DNA of 64,000 nucleotides from a virus: IMG/VR virus record IMGVR_UViG_3300047198_000026, positions 1 to 64,000 of that record; one strand, 5' to 3'. Shown piece by piece: positions 63,158 to 64,000 of this stretch (position 1 is its first letter; each line of letters starts with the position of its first letter). The notes under the pieces were generated by a model. It saw only the letters and a program-made list of their open reading frames with translations, ran no database searches and was not told where the DNA came from. The position numbers and the translations under genes were made by a program.

Positions 63158-64000
63158 ATGAATGATGACAAGAAACTTCGAATTAAGTTCATTGCCGGAG
63201 ACGTCAGTGGACCCGCCTACCACGATATTTTCATTCCTTCCAAATATTTTGAGCAGTATAACCTGCTCTCAATCGACAATAGCCCAACCATAAGTGATAG
63301 TAATGTCAATGACATAGACATCATAGTCTTCCAGAGGCAATACCATCCTGAATCGGTGTTTATGATCAAGCAGTTAAAGGCTAGGGGTAGAACCACTATC
63401 TTTATCTGTGATGACGATGTTTGGGCCCTACCTAAGGTAAATCCTGCCTATAGCACCTATAAAGGACTAGTCCTCGATCGATACCAATTGATTATGGGAC
63501 TTTGTGATCAGGTCACAACCTCTACAGAATGGTTGCGCAAAAAGTGCCTCCAATTCAACCCCAATGTTTATGTCCAACGAAACCTGGTAGAACCAACTAT
63601 TACTGACTTTTTGACCCCGGGAAGAGACAATCCCGAGGAGGTCAGAATCCTTTGGACTACTACCCCCCACCATGCTGCCGATGCTATAATTGTCGGACCT
63701 GCCTTAAGAACACTCTGCAAAAAGTATAAAAACTTAAAAATCATCTTCTTTGGTTGGCATCCCCCAAAGACCTATGACTGGATTCCAAGTGACCAATATG
63801 AGCACTACGCCTTTGTCAATGTGGACGCCTTCTATAATAGTGTGGCAAACTTGGATGGAGACATCGGAATTATACCCTTGGAGGATAACGACTTTAATAG
63901 GGGCAAGACCTGTAGGAAATTCCAAGAATATTCAATTCTTAAGATACCATCTATGGCCTCTCCTGTGGGAAACTATGTGGATATTCCAAACGATGTGATT
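63158..64000 (+). CDS. GT-B (GT4-like) glycosyltransferase, truncated by the window end
   Basis: Manual translation: DIIVFQRQ...ICDDDVW...DQVTTSTEWL...DIGIIPLEDNDFNRGKT..KFQEYS. Confidence 0.8.
   Translation, partial: MNDDKKLRIKFIAGDVSGPAYHDIFIPSKYFEQYNLLSIDNSPTISDSNVNDIDIIVFQRQYHPESVFMIKQLKARGRTTIFICDDDVWALPKVNPAYSTYKGLVLDRYQLIMGLCDQVTTSTEWLRKKCLQFNPNVYVQRNLVEPTITDFLTPGRDNPEEVRILWTTTPHHAADAIIVGPALRTLCKKYKNLKIIFFGWHPPKTYDWIPSDQYEHYAFVNVDAFYNSVANLDGDIGIIPLEDNDFNRGKTCRKFQEYSILKIPSMASPVGNYVDIPNDVI

Overview
This window is most of a tailed dsDNA phage genome with a podovirus-like morphogenesis module; the host is probably an anaerobic bacterium (inference). There are two divergent arms. The left arm (about 1-16650, minus strand) has many small early-type ORFs, a ParB-like protein, an SNF2-like helicase, a MoxR-like AAA+/VWA pair, one tRNA, one tRNA-like element and a probable large structured ncRNA. 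The right arm (about 17080-64000, plus strand) has terminase, portal, scaffold, major capsid, adaptor, fibres, nozzle, ejection proteins, a SpeD-like gene and a truncated glycosyltransferase. Two systems stand out. (1) Inside the tail-fibre module there is a RiPP-like maturation cluster: four radical SAM/SPASM enzymes in two paralogous classes, two GNAT-like partners and a PanC-like HxGH ligase. It is flanked by two candidate substrates built from C-x(1,2)-C-x3-[C/x]-Y repeats: a 97-aa peptide coupled to the fibre gene and a 16-repeat, 46-Cys insert in a C1q-like virion protein. This suggests phage-encoded radical-SAM modification of its own virion appendage. (2) At least 27 small, mostly unrelated early ORFs begin with the same N-terminal hexapeptide M-x-x-S-x-N, whose Ser is encoded by all six Ser codons, suggesting an undescribed protein-level targeting or recognition tag. 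All family assignments are by eye from motifs; no database search was run.
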